Below are positions 30,117 to 38,859 of a stretch of 64,000 nucleotides of DNA, piece by piece; positions within the stretch are counted from its first letter, which is position 1, and every line of letters starts with the position of its first letter. Position numbers and translations under genes: made by a program. The notes below the pieces were generated by a model. The model saw only the letters and a program-made list of their open reading frames with translations, was not told where the DNA came from and ran no database searches. The stretch is from an uncultured Candidatus Saccharibacteria bacterium (GTDB lineage Bacteria; Patescibacteriota; Saccharimonadia; Saccharimonadales; UBA10212): NCBI GenBank assembly GCA_964514575.1, contig CAZETJ010000001.1:56014-120013 (forward strand), written 5' to 3'.

Positions 30117-31091
30117 ATGAAAATGCATAAAAAACGTTTGACCGTTGCTGTGGCCTATCGAGGTATCCCGCATGCGCGTGGTTGGGCTACAGGGGACAAT
30201 TTAGTTAGAGCTTTCAAGAAACTCGGCCATGATGTTTACCCTTACGGCAACTACTATGGAACCGTCGAGCGTCTGGATAGTCGCCTATTGCCCAAGGATC
30301 TAGACGTTCTAGTTTACTGCGAATGCAACGATCTAGAGCCTCAATATCTGGAGCTAAAGAAACAGAGGGCAAAGGCCAGAGTTTACTGGGATTTTGATGT
30401 GGACAACGGACGACAAAAAAATGCGGGCGAACTTATACGCAGTATTGGCTTCGACGTGATCTGTCACGCAAACAGGCTTTACGACAGCCACTTCAAGAAA
30501 CTCGCGCGAAAAGCGGTTTTTTTGCCGTATGCCTTTGATGAAGAGCACTTCCATAATCTGCGAATAAAACGATCAATCGATGTGGCAATCATCGGGACCC
30601 CGTACGATAAACGGCTTGAGTATGTGGCTAAGCTTAAAAAGCTTGGTGCGAACGTAGAATTTATACAGGGGAGGTATAAAGAAGATTTCGTAAAGACTAT
30701 CAATAGTTTAAAAATTCATTTAAACCTAAATATCTTTGGCCCGGGCGGTAACGGCCTTTTAGTCGGGAGAGTGTGGGAGACTATAGGCTGCGGCACATTC
30801 TTACTTACGCAACGCAAGGATTTTATTGAAGACTTTTTCAAAGATGGGGAGCACTTGGTGCTTTTCGAAACACCCGAAGACTGTGCCGAGAAGATAAAGT
30901 ATTATCTGGCGCATGAAAAGGAAAGAGAAAAAATCGCCAAAGCCGGATACGAATACGGCCTAACCCACCACACTTACGTAGCGCGGGCTCAGACCATTTT
31001 GGATGAATCGAAGAAGCTACTTGAAAATCCAGCGTGGGCTCCGTCACAAAACTGGCGTACAAAGACGGCAGGTTTATTCAAGAAAAGATAG
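30117..31091 (+). CDS. CgeB-like/GT-B-related putative glycosyltransferase
   Basis: ORF divergent from wzm; resembles the CgeB/DUF3880 family of glycan-locus proteins (weak recognition). Confidence 0.45.
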   Translation: MKMHKKRLTVAVAYRGIPHARGWATGDNLVRAFKKLGHDVYPYGNYYGTVERLDSRLLPKDLDVLVYCECNDLEPQYLELKKQRAKARVYWDFDVDNGRQKNAGELIRSIGFDVICHANRLYDSHFKKLARKAVFLPYAFDEEHFHNLRIKRSIDVAIIGTPYDKRLEYVAKLKKLGANVEFIQGRYKEDFVKTINSLKIHLNLNIFGPGGNGLLVGRVWETIGCGTFLLTQRKDFIEDFFKDGEHLVLFETPEDCAEKIKYYLAHEKEREKIAKAGYEYGLTHHTYVARAQTILDESKKLLENPAWAPSQNWRTKTAGLFKKR

Positions 31092-31111
31092 TACGATATC
31101 GCTAGACTAAC

Positions 31112-33190
31112 CTAAAGTTGACCGTTGGTATTAGAGGCCCAGGTCGGATGATTGCCGCTGTCATAAATAACTAAATTGCCGTCAGTTTGTATCACTAAAG
31201 TAGAGATTCCTTTGCCCGCTGTGTTGGATGCCCAATATGGTCTGTTCTGGGCATCATAAAGGACTAAATTGCCATCGCTTTGCATGGAAGCTCTTGTCAC
31301 CGGTCTACCATCCGTTCGGCTGGACCATAGTGGACGGTTTATTGAGTAAAGCACCAAATTACCATCACTCTGCATGATCAATTTGAAACGTCCATCTGTC
31401 GAAACTAAGAACTGGCCAGAATTCAAACTTTGATTTGTTCCCAGCGTAGTGCTTGTGCCTGAAGTATCAAAATTAACTGTCGTAAAGTAATTGAGCCCGA
31501 GATTATTCATCCACGTGATGCCATCAACCACCGGCGTAAAATATTCTCTGAAAGTGCCCGTCTGACTGGGCTTATACCAAAACTCAAAAGTAGCTGTACC
31601 ACCAGGCGCTACGGAAGCTTCATCCATCGTTGCTGCCCGGTTGCAGCTCACCCACGTTGGACTATCGGACATATCACAAAAACTGCTGGTACGGTCTTGA
31701 GGGTTAGAGACGCCTAGGCGCGTGGGATTTGCCCCGCTATTAAGCCAGGTTATGTTGCCTGTATTTTTGGCCTTAACTACGAGATAGACTTTATTGCCGA
31801 GTGTCAGAGCAGAGGAATCAGCCCAAACGCTCTTACTAGCGTCCGTAAAGGATGCTTGGCTGACAATGGACCATGTATAAATCGACTGGACTACAGTGTG
31901 AAAATAAAGACCTGGGTCATTCATCCAGCTCAGGCCATCAGTGACGAGGCTAAAATGCTCGTTAAAAGTGCCGCCCGCATTTGGCGCCTTATACCAAAAC
32001 TCAAAAGTAGCTGTACCACCAGGCGCTACGGAAGCTTCATCCATCGTTGCTGCCCGGTTGCAGCTCACCCACGTTGGACTATCGGACATATCACAAAAAC
32101 TGCTGGTACGGTCTTGAGGTGAAGTGGTGGCCAGGCGTACCGGGTTGGTGCTGTTAGACCAGGTAGTATCGCCTGTATTCCTGGCTGTGACAATAGCATA
32201 AACTTTCTGCCCAGGGGCTAGACTAGAAGAATCAGCCCAAGCCGTATGACTCGAGTCGGTATAAGTATTCTGGGATAAAACCGACCAACTATAAATATCG
32301 AACACGCTACCGAACCAAGACTGGAAAATATTATCGAAGCTCTGATTGCCAGAAAAATGAGGTGTGTAGCGATAGAGAGCTGCCGTTGCACCCGTATCTA
32401 TATGTATAGCTGTACTATCGATTGTCCAAGAGCCATCGTAAAAATTGGTGGGCCCACCCGAGCAAACGGCTCTGAAGCCTTGAGTCATCGGCCCGCTATA
32501 ACAAGTGCTGGGATCGTCCGAGTTATCCCAAACATTACCAGAATTAGGATAATTCGTAAGTTGTACGTCCCAGCTAGTGTTTCCCTCCGAGCGCTGCTCG
32601 CTGAATTTAAGGGACCAGCTCGCGACGATTACCTGTCTTGAAAAACCTACCATCGGCTGATGGCCTGACTGTGTCTGCACGCAAGTTCCACTTACGCTTG
32701 TTATGGGGCTACCGTTAATACTGTAAAGCTCGAAACCTGAGTAGTCGCTCAGCACGGTATTGTCTGGGCAGTTGTAGCCCATAGCTGCGGAATAACGCAG
32801 CGTACTACAACCTGAAGCGCCACTCACAAGAGATTCCTCTTTCTGAAGGGTGGACAATATGACCCGCGGATTAAGGCCATAGACGTGGGCGGTGTGTGCA
32901 ATAACCGTACCGGCGGACACATCGCCCCCAAATGAGAAAAGACCGCTTGAAGCAGAGTAGCCGGTAACGTCTGGCGCAGCAAAACCGTGAGCTGTACTGA
33001 TACAGCTGGTGCTACCAAAGTTGTTATTAAGCCATGTGTCAATATCCGAAGCGGACATAGAACTAGAGTTGTCAAAAATGCCATCATCCATGACATTGTT
33101 ATTGTTATAGGCTAGGGCGTTGCTCATCAACAGCACTAAGGCGCACATAAATACAAAAAGACCCAGGATAAGGCTGTATGCTTTTTTCAC
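31112..33190 (-). CDS. secreted multi-domain protein: signal peptide, tandem Ig-like (NBR1/CARDB-like) repeats, C-terminal tandem bulb-type (B-) lectin repeats
   Basis: Signal peptide MKKAYSLILGLFVFMCALVLLMSNALA. The ~139-aa module (…NPxRL…SPQDRTSSFCDMSDSPTWVSCNRAATMDEASVAPGGTATFEFWYK) occurs twice. The C-terminus has three QxDGNLVLY repeats (QSDGNLVLYSINRPLW…, MQSDGNLVLYDAQNRPYW…, IQTDGNLVIYDSGNHPTW), the bulb-lectin signature. Confidence 0.7.
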   Translation of the reverse strand: MKKAYSLILGLFVFMCALVLLMSNALAYNNNNVMDDGIFDNSSSMSASDIDTWLNNNFGSTSCISTAHGFAAPDVTGYSASSGLFSFGGDVSAGTVIAHTAHVYGLNPRVILSTLQKEESLVSGASGCSTLRYSAAMGYNCPDNTVLSDYSGFELYSINGSPITSVSGTCVQTQSGHQPMVGFSRQVIVASWSLKFSEQRSEGNTSWDVQLTNYPNSGNVWDNSDDPSTCYSGPMTQGFRAVCSGGPTNFYDGSWTIDSTAIHIDTGATAALYRYTPHFSGNQSFDNIFQSWFGSVFDIYSWSVLSQNTYTDSSHTAWADSSSLAPGQKVYAIVTARNTGDTTWSNSTNPVRLATTSPQDRTSSFCDMSDSPTWVSCNRAATMDEASVAPGGTATFEFWYKAPNAGGTFNEHFSLVTDGLSWMNDPGLYFHTVVQSIYTWSIVSQASFTDASKSVWADSSALTLGNKVYLVVKAKNTGNITWLNSGANPTRLGVSNPQDRTSSFCDMSDSPTWVSCNRAATMDEASVAPGGTATFEFWYKPSQTGTFREYFTPVVDGITWMNNLGLNYFTTVNFDTSGTSTTLGTNQSLNSGQFLVSTDGRFKLIMQSDGNLVLYSINRPLWSSRTDGRPVTRASMQSDGNLVLYDAQNRPYWASNTAGKGISTLVIQTDGNLVIYDSGNHPTWASNTNGQL
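31571..32119. repeat. two 132-nt perfectly identical direct repeats (31571-31702 and 31988-32119), period 417 nt, in-frame inside the lectin gene
   Basis: Base-by-base comparison: cttataccaaaactcaaaagtagctgtaccacc…ctgctggtacggtcttgagg is identical in both copies; flanking sequence diverges. Confidence 0.9.
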
Positions 33191-33729
33191 GGTACCACCA
33201 GCGGCTGAGAATCAGACGCAGTTTTAGTTTGGCTACTTAAACTGGCAAAGGCTGAAATTGTCCAAGAACCACTGCCGAAACCAGCTGTGTTTACATCCCA
33301 GTACCAGTACGTAGCGCCATTACTATCTGCAGTTTGGGTGTCAAGTTTCTTCACCTCGCTGCCTTTAGCGAATTGAATATAGCAGGTTGCCCCGGGAGAC
33401 GTATTACAGACAGAAGTCTCGTTTGTCGGCGTGCCATTGCCGGGATGATGGTTGCTAACAAAACCGCCACTGGGTGCTATCAGTGAACCGCTTGTCGGGA
33501 TTGCGGACGTTAACGATTTAGCCTCGCCGCTGGGTGCTAAGTTAGCCGAAGGGCTATTTTGTCCGCCAGCGCTGGAAGCCACTGTTTTTGTCGGCGACGT
33601 GCTGGGGATCGTTACCTGAACTTTGTGGTAACGCTCAAAATATAATAATCCGGCGAACAGAATCAGTATCATTGACACGGCATAGTATGTCTTATGGTTG
33701 AGTTTGTCTAAAATTGAGCGTCTAGGCAT
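33187..33729 (-). CDS. hypothetical secreted/membrane-anchored protein
   Basis: N-terminal TM (YYAVSMILILFAGLLYF); Ser/Thr/Pro-rich linker; 4-nt overlap with the lectin gene, so likely co-transcribed. Confidence 0.5.
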   Translation of the reverse strand: MPRRSILDKLNHKTYYAVSMILILFAGLLYFERYHKVQVTIPSTSPTKTVASSAGGQNSPSANLAPSGEAKSLTSAIPTSGSLIAPSGGFVSNHHPGNGTPTNETSVCNTSPGATCYIQFAKGSEVKKLDTQTADSNGATYWYWDVNTAGFGSGSWTISAFASLSSQTKTASDSQPLVVP

Positions 33730-33834
33730 ATTTGTATTTTATCGCGCACCAATTCAGCGCTTATGCAAGTAACTTAACTATAACACCTTAAAATAGCATA
33801 ATCAACGGAGTTCGGCGGTCGAGCCATAAAAGCT

Positions 33835-34605
33835 CTAAATTTTCTGCCAAATAGTAATGGAATGCACTTCATTGGCTAAGGCGATGCGCCTATCTATTTG
33901 AAGTTCCTTAGCTAACTTGGTTGGGCCGGGCCAACCTCGGTTATATTCTTTCACTGGCGTGCCTGGTACACGGCGGGAATCATGTATAAGAATAAGTCCG
34001 CCCTTTTTGACATGAGGCAGCCAATCCTCAAAGTCGTTTTTAACTGCTTTATAGTTATGGTCGCCATCGATAAAGATAAAATCGACCTCTTTCTTCCATT
34101 TTTTTACAGCCTCGTAGCTTGGTTTGACTATTAACGACCATCTTTCGAGCTTGTCCGACCTACCGACAGCCCTGAGCAATCTGGCGACGCTTTGTCTACA
34201 GCGTGCCTCGTTAGCGCTCCACGGACCCATGGAATCCTCGACAAACGGATCGATTGAAGTTAAGTTGGCAGTTTTCGGAATACTGGCTAGTAGGATAGAG
34301 GTCGAACCGCCGAAAGCCGCCCCGATTTCGACTAAGTTCTTGGCTTTTCGCCCGTAGCTATACAAAGCTGGGATCTCCTTGTTATCTAAAAAGACGATTG
34401 AGCCGGTTATTAGAGCTAACTCATCGTAAGTAATAGAAAACGCTGGCGGATTTTTAAAAGTTTGCAACAGCTTTCTCTTGGCTTTTTGGCGTTGCCTAGA
34501 GGTTTTGTAATTGTCTATAGCTCGGTGAACTTCAAAGTTAGTCTTTCGAACGGCTTTCTTCGGAGTCACTTTTTTAATTCGAGCAAGCCTATTTCCTTGT
34601 TCCAT
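33835..34605 (-). CDS. class I SAM-dependent methyltransferase (O-MTase/CmcI-like)
   Basis: VEIGAAFGGSTSIL…FIFIDGDHNY pattern typical of small SAM MTases (TylF/CmcI-like). Confidence 0.55.
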   Translation of the reverse strand: MEQGNRLARIKKVTPKKAVRKTNFEVHRAIDNYKTSRQRQKAKRKLLQTFKNPPAFSITYDELALITGSIVFLDNKEIPALYSYGRKAKNLVEIGAAFGGSTSILLASIPKTANLTSIDPFVEDSMGPWSANEARCRQSVARLLRAVGRSDKLERWSLIVKPSYEAVKKWKKEVDFIFIDGDHNYKAVKNDFEDWLPHVKKGGLILIHDSRRVPGTPVKEYNRGWPGPTKLAKELQIDRRIALANEVHSITIWQKI

Positions 34606-34736
34606 ATTGCTGTGTCAAATCCTCGTTTAACTTTACTATAAAATTCTAGGCCGGTGCATTAATCGGATGAAAGTAGTTTTTGCTATTATCTATAGCTATG
34701 GTGATTGTAATTTCTGGAACTGACTAGGAGCAATTC

Positions 34737-35222
34737 ATGAGTAAGGACTGGGGCGCGCCAATTGTCAGCTTTGAAGAATTTGCTGAACTTCGGCCAAAAT
34801 TAGGAAAAATTGTCGCAACTTCCGGCGGTTTTGATCCAATCCATCCTGGGCATATCAGTTGTATTATCGAAAGTAAGAAGTTTGGCGATACAGTAGTGGT
34901 TATTGTCAACGGCGATGCCTTTTTGACGGCCAAGAAAGGCCGCCCGTTTCAAAATCTTAAAACCCGTTGCCAGATAGTCAGTGGTATCAGAGGGGTAGAC
35001 TACGTTATACCTTTTGAGATAGCAGGCGACCAAACGGTCAACAGAGCCTTGGAGCTACTGAAGCCGGATAGTTTCACAAAAGGCGGCGACCGGGTGGACG
35101 AATCGAGCATCCCGGAGTGGGAGACATGCCAGAAGTACGACATAAAAATTATCAGCGGGGTTGGTGAGGATAAACTTTGGTCGAGCAGTCAATTTTTACA
35201 CGATTGGACCAACGGCCGGTGA
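34737..35222 (+). CDS. cytidylyl/adenylyltransferase-like nucleotidyltransferase (TagD / HldE-domain-II-like)
   Basis: SGGFDPIHPGHISCI matches the (H/T)xGH motif of the CTP_transf_like family; ~160 aa. Confidence 0.7.
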   Translation: MSKDWGAPIVSFEEFAELRPKLGKIVATSGGFDPIHPGHISCIIESKKFGDTVVVIVNGDAFLTAKKGRPFQNLKTRCQIVSGIRGVDYVIPFEIAGDQTVNRALELLKPDSFTKGGDRVDESSIPEWETCQKYDIKIISGVGEDKLWSSSQFLHDWTNGR

Positions 35223-35989
35223 AGCGTAGGGTCATCGCTTTCGACCTGGATGGTACGCTGGCGCCGAGCAAATCGCTTCTGCCTGATCGGATGAGCATTG
35301 TCCTAAGCGATTTGTTGGGAAAATACGAAGTTCTGGTGATGAGTGGGGGTAGGTTCGAACAATTTGAGAAGCAACTGCTAGCTAATCTTAAAATTGAACC
35401 CGAAAAACTTGCCAAACTACACTTAATGCCGACCTGTGGTACACGATATTATCGCTTTCGAAATAACGGCTGGCAAAAACAGTATGCCGAAGATTTATCG
35501 GGGACGGAAAAAGCTAAAATAGTCCAAGAATTGAATAAAGCGGTTGCTCATTTTGGGCTTTCTACGAAGAAAACCTATGGTCCGACGATAGAGGACCGGG
35601 AAAGTCAGATCAGCTGGTCGGCTCTCGGCCAGGATATAGTCGAAGTACTGGGTGAGGAGGGCATTAAATTAAAAGAAGCCTGGGACCCGGATATGTCTAA
35701 AAAGCTAACACTAGTTAATTATCTGACTCCTTTACTTCCTGAATTCGAGGTGCGCGCCGGCGGCAGTACTACCGTTGATATTACAAAAAAAGGTATCGAT
35801 AAAGCCTACGGGATGAAAAAGATGCTGGACATGCTAAAACTCTCTAAAGACGATGTGCTATTCATCGGCGACAGACTGGAAGAGGGTGGTAACGACTACC
35901 CGGTTAAAGCCATGGGCATTGATTGTATGCAGATATCGGACTGGCAGGAGACGGCTTTAGTCATCGAGGCTGTCCTTCGGACCTCATAA
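35177..35989 (+). CDS. HAD-IIB family hydrolase (sugar-phosphate phosphatase / phosphomannomutase-like)
   Basis: Motif I VIAFDLDGTLAP, a cap domain and motif IV GDRLEEGGNDYP; overlaps the upstream nucleotidyltransferase by 46 nt. Confidence 0.7.
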   Translation: MVEQSIFTRLDQRPVKRRVIAFDLDGTLAPSKSLLPDRMSIVLSDLLGKYEVLVMSGGRFEQFEKQLLANLKIEPEKLAKLHLMPTCGTRYYRFRNNGWQKQYAEDLSGTEKAKIVQELNKAVAHFGLSTKKTYGPTIEDRESQISWSALGQDIVEVLGEEGIKLKEAWDPDMSKKLTLVNYLTPLLPEFEVRAGGSTTVDITKKGIDKAYGMKKMLDMLKLSKDDVLFIGDRLEEGGNDYPVKAMGIDCMQISDWQETALVIEAVLRTS

Positions 35990-36279
35990 GCTAATAGCTG
36001 GATTGAACAAATAATTTATGTAGATTCTAAGGGGTAGATTTATTGGCTCCCGCGGATAGATGTTATCCCCTGAAAAAATGTTTGCGAGTAAGTTTCTATC
36101 TGAAGAATTACCTCTACGTGTGGACACCTTTGAACCAACAATTGACTCGATCTTATGAATAATCAACCCCTAGGAGTTGCTGAAGTTACCTAAAATGACT
36201 GGTCAGTAGCCAGCACGGGCTGACTCGACAACAGTGTGAAAGCCGATAAGTCCGGTGCTACCGATGACTAAAACCAACT

Positions 36280-37386
36280 TCATTTTGGTTCCAACTCCTC
36301 GATAAATTGCCTGAATGACGAACGAAAATTTTCTTTCGAGAACTGCTTAGCGAAATTTTGGATAGACCCATGATTAAAGTCAGCCGACTTGAAGTTTTTT
36401 ACGGCTTTTGCCAGGCTATCTACCGACTGCTCGGTGAAGAATAGGCCAGTTTGCGGTGTTATATAGTCTAGCGCACCACCAGCCTTATAGGCTATGACGG
36501 GCGTACCAGCAGCTAGGGCTTCGATCGCTACGATGCCAAAATCATCGACGCCAGGAAAAATAAAAGCTTGAGCCTGGGCAAACCGCTCGGGCAGCTCTTC
36601 GTCGCTGACATGTCGGAAGAAATTAACGGTGCGCCCGGCTAACTTTTTTAACCTTTTATGTTCAGGCCCTCGGCCAATAACGACTAGAGGTAGCTTCAGC
36701 GCATTAGCGGCTTTTACGGCCAGATCAGTGCGCTTATACGGTGTTTGTCGCCCAGCAGTCACAAAACCGAGCCGTTGGCGGGCTGGTTGGGCTTCGAATC
36801 GTTCGATATCGACTGGCGGGTGGATAACGATACTTTCACGGCCATAGTATTTCTCTACCTGGTTTTTGGTGTAGCTAGAATTTGAGATTATATAATCCGG
36901 TCTTTGGGCGGCTTGGCGATCCCAGCCTCGCAGCGGGCCCACCAAAAGTTTAAGCCCCAAACGAGCCAAGGGATCAAGCCGCCCAAAACCGGGCTGAGAC
37001 ATATATTGATCGTAGCGGCTCCAGTAGTAATGCGTTGGTGCGTGGCAATAATTGACGTGGATAGTATCATCGCCGGTTTTTATACCTTTCGCTTCAGCGC
37101 CCGAGCTGCTAATAACTAAATCGTAATCATCGAAGTTCAGGTGGGTGAACCACCAGATGCGCAGAATTGGTAAAAATTTGCGCAACGAGCCGAATGGCCA
37201 GTTTTGTAGCCAGCCGGTTACGACTTTGTTATCCAATTTTTGGCGCCAATAATCGGTGCAGTAAGAGGTAAATATGGGAGCGTCGGGGTAAAGCCTATGC
37301 AACTCCAGCACAACGCGCTCGGCTCCGCCGCCGACGAACCAATCATGAACAATCGCGACCTTTGGCATAGCGGTTTTCTCGGACAT
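36280..37386 (-). CDS. glycosyltransferase family 1 (GT4)
   Basis: FPGVDDFGIVAIEALAAGTPVIAY motif. Confidence 0.8.
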   Translation of the reverse strand: MSEKTAMPKVAIVHDWFVGGGAERVVLELHRLYPDAPIFTSYCTDYWRQKLDNKVVTGWLQNWPFGSLRKFLPILRIWWFTHLNFDDYDLVISSSGAEAKGIKTGDDTIHVNYCHAPTHYYWSRYDQYMSQPGFGRLDPLARLGLKLLVGPLRGWDRQAAQRPDYIISNSSYTKNQVEKYYGRESIVIHPPVDIERFEAQPARQRLGFVTAGRQTPYKRTDLAVKAANALKLPLVVIGRGPEHKRLKKLAGRTVNFFRHVSDEELPERFAQAQAFIFPGVDDFGIVAIEALAAGTPVIAYKAGGALDYITPQTGLFFTEQSVDSLAKAVKNFKSADFNHGSIQNFAKQFSKENFRSSFRQFIEELEPK

Positions 37387-37393
37387 AGACTGG

Positions 37394-38839
37394 TTAAACC
37401 GCTCCGCTACGCTTTAAAACAGCACGGACAGTTTTAATCAAAATAACTAAATCTAGCCAGATACTCCAATTCTGGACATAGTAAAGATCAAGTTTACGGC
37501 GCTCCTCAAAATCTATATCGCGCCGGCCAGAAACTTGGGCCAGGCCAGTAAGACCCGATTTGACACTTAAAATAGCGTGCCTTTTTGCGTAGATACCCAG
37601 TTCGGCGGGAATCAGTGCCCGTGGTCCGACCAAACTAATATCGCCGCGTACGACATTGAGAAGCTGAGGCAGTTCATCCAGGCTAGTACGTCTTAAAAAT
37701 CGGCCTAGCCGGCTGATACGCGGGTCATTTGGCAAGCGGTCGCCGCCTTGGCGGTATTGCTTAATCAGCTCAGGCCGGCCCATTTTAGTGAAGCCTTCTT
37801 CCGGGCTCATATCGGTATAGGCTCGCTTCATACTGCGGAATTTATAAATCCTAACTCTAGTATTAAAGCGGCTCAGTCGAATTTCTCGGTAAAAAACTGG
37901 CCCGCCGGGATCAGACAGTTTTTCGGCGACGGCGACCAACAGCATGAAAGGCAAGCCGACCAACAGCATTACGCCGCCGACTACAATGTCCATCATTCGC
38001 TTAACTATTCGACCCCAGCCGATCAAAGCGGTTTGGTGGACGGCGATGACCGGAACCGAACCCCGGAAAAGCTCGACGGCAATGTTGCCAACGAACAACT
38101 CGCTGTTACCAGGTACGAAACGATAAGCTACGTGCTTAGTCTGGGCGTACTCTAGAACTTCATTATTAAACTCGTTATCGGCGTAAAGCTCTGTTTGGAC
38201 GATGCCGTGGATATCACCAGAATTTAAGGCCTTGATGGCCTTATCAAAAGTTTTAAAAAATGGAATGTGAGGATAGCGTTTAGCGACCTCGCCATGTCCG
38301 CCAACCACGCCAACTATCCGATAGCCAGAGATGTGACGGTCGGCCAAAACATCCACCAACTGGCGGCCAACATGAGTGTTACCAACTAGCAATAAGTTGG
38401 TTATGCCAATGTCGTATCGGAACAAAACACTACGCACGTAGCGGGCAGTGTTGCGAAAAACTAGGAGTAAAACAAACCCTAGCAGAAAGCCATAAACGGG
38501 CACTAACTTAGAAGGAAAAACCACGCGATCCGAGACGTAAGCGTAGCTGGCCACGAACAGTAGACCCACGAAAGAGCCGATCAGCAGCCGTCCAGCTTCG
38601 ACAAAGCGCTTTTCGTGGATTGAACTGGTGTAAAGGCCCAGCAACCCAAAAATTAGCAACCAAAAAGGAGTCAAAATTAAAAAAATTCCCAAATAGGTAC
38701 TGGCCGCGATTGGATGAGCCACTGGCACGTTGCTAAGCGGACCGCGCAGGGCATAGGCACCGGCAAAAGCCGCCACCAACGCCAAAAAATCGCCCACCAT
38801 CAAAAGCAAGCCATAGATGAGCGAAGCGTTACTTTTCAT
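37394..38839 (-). CDS. undecaprenyl-phosphate sugar-1-phosphate transferase (WbaP/WcaJ-type initiating enzyme)
   Basis: N-terminal 4-5 TM helices plus the C-terminal 'bacterial sugar transferase' domain (DELPQLLNVVRGDISLVGPRA…KSGLTGLAQVSGRRD…). Confidence 0.85.
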   Translation of the reverse strand: MKSNASLIYGLLLMVGDFLALVAAFAGAYALRGPLSNVPVAHPIAASTYLGIFLILTPFWLLIFGLLGLYTSSIHEKRFVEAGRLLIGSFVGLLFVASYAYVSDRVVFPSKLVPVYGFLLGFVLLLVFRNTARYVRSVLFRYDIGITNLLLVGNTHVGRQLVDVLADRHISGYRIVGVVGGHGEVAKRYPHIPFFKTFDKAIKALNSGDIHGIVQTELYADNEFNNEVLEYAQTKHVAYRFVPGNSELFVGNIAVELFRGSVPVIAVHQTALIGWGRIVKRMMDIVVGGVMLLVGLPFMLLVAVAEKLSDPGGPVFYREIRLSRFNTRVRIYKFRSMKRAYTDMSPEEGFTKMGRPELIKQYRQGGDRLPNDPRISRLGRFLRRTSLDELPQLLNVVRGDISLVGPRALIPAELGIYAKRHAILSVKSGLTGLAQVSGRRDIDFEERRKLDLYYVQNWSIWLDLVILIKTVRAVLKRSGAV

Positions 38840-38859
38840 CTATACTAAGTGTAGCATTT

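Noticed and set aside
31571-32119. Possibility that the tandem repeats in the lectin gene are a DGR template/variable repeat pair
   Set aside because: The two copies are 100% identical over 132 nt. DGR TR/VR pairs differ specifically at adenine positions, and no reverse transcriptase is nearby.
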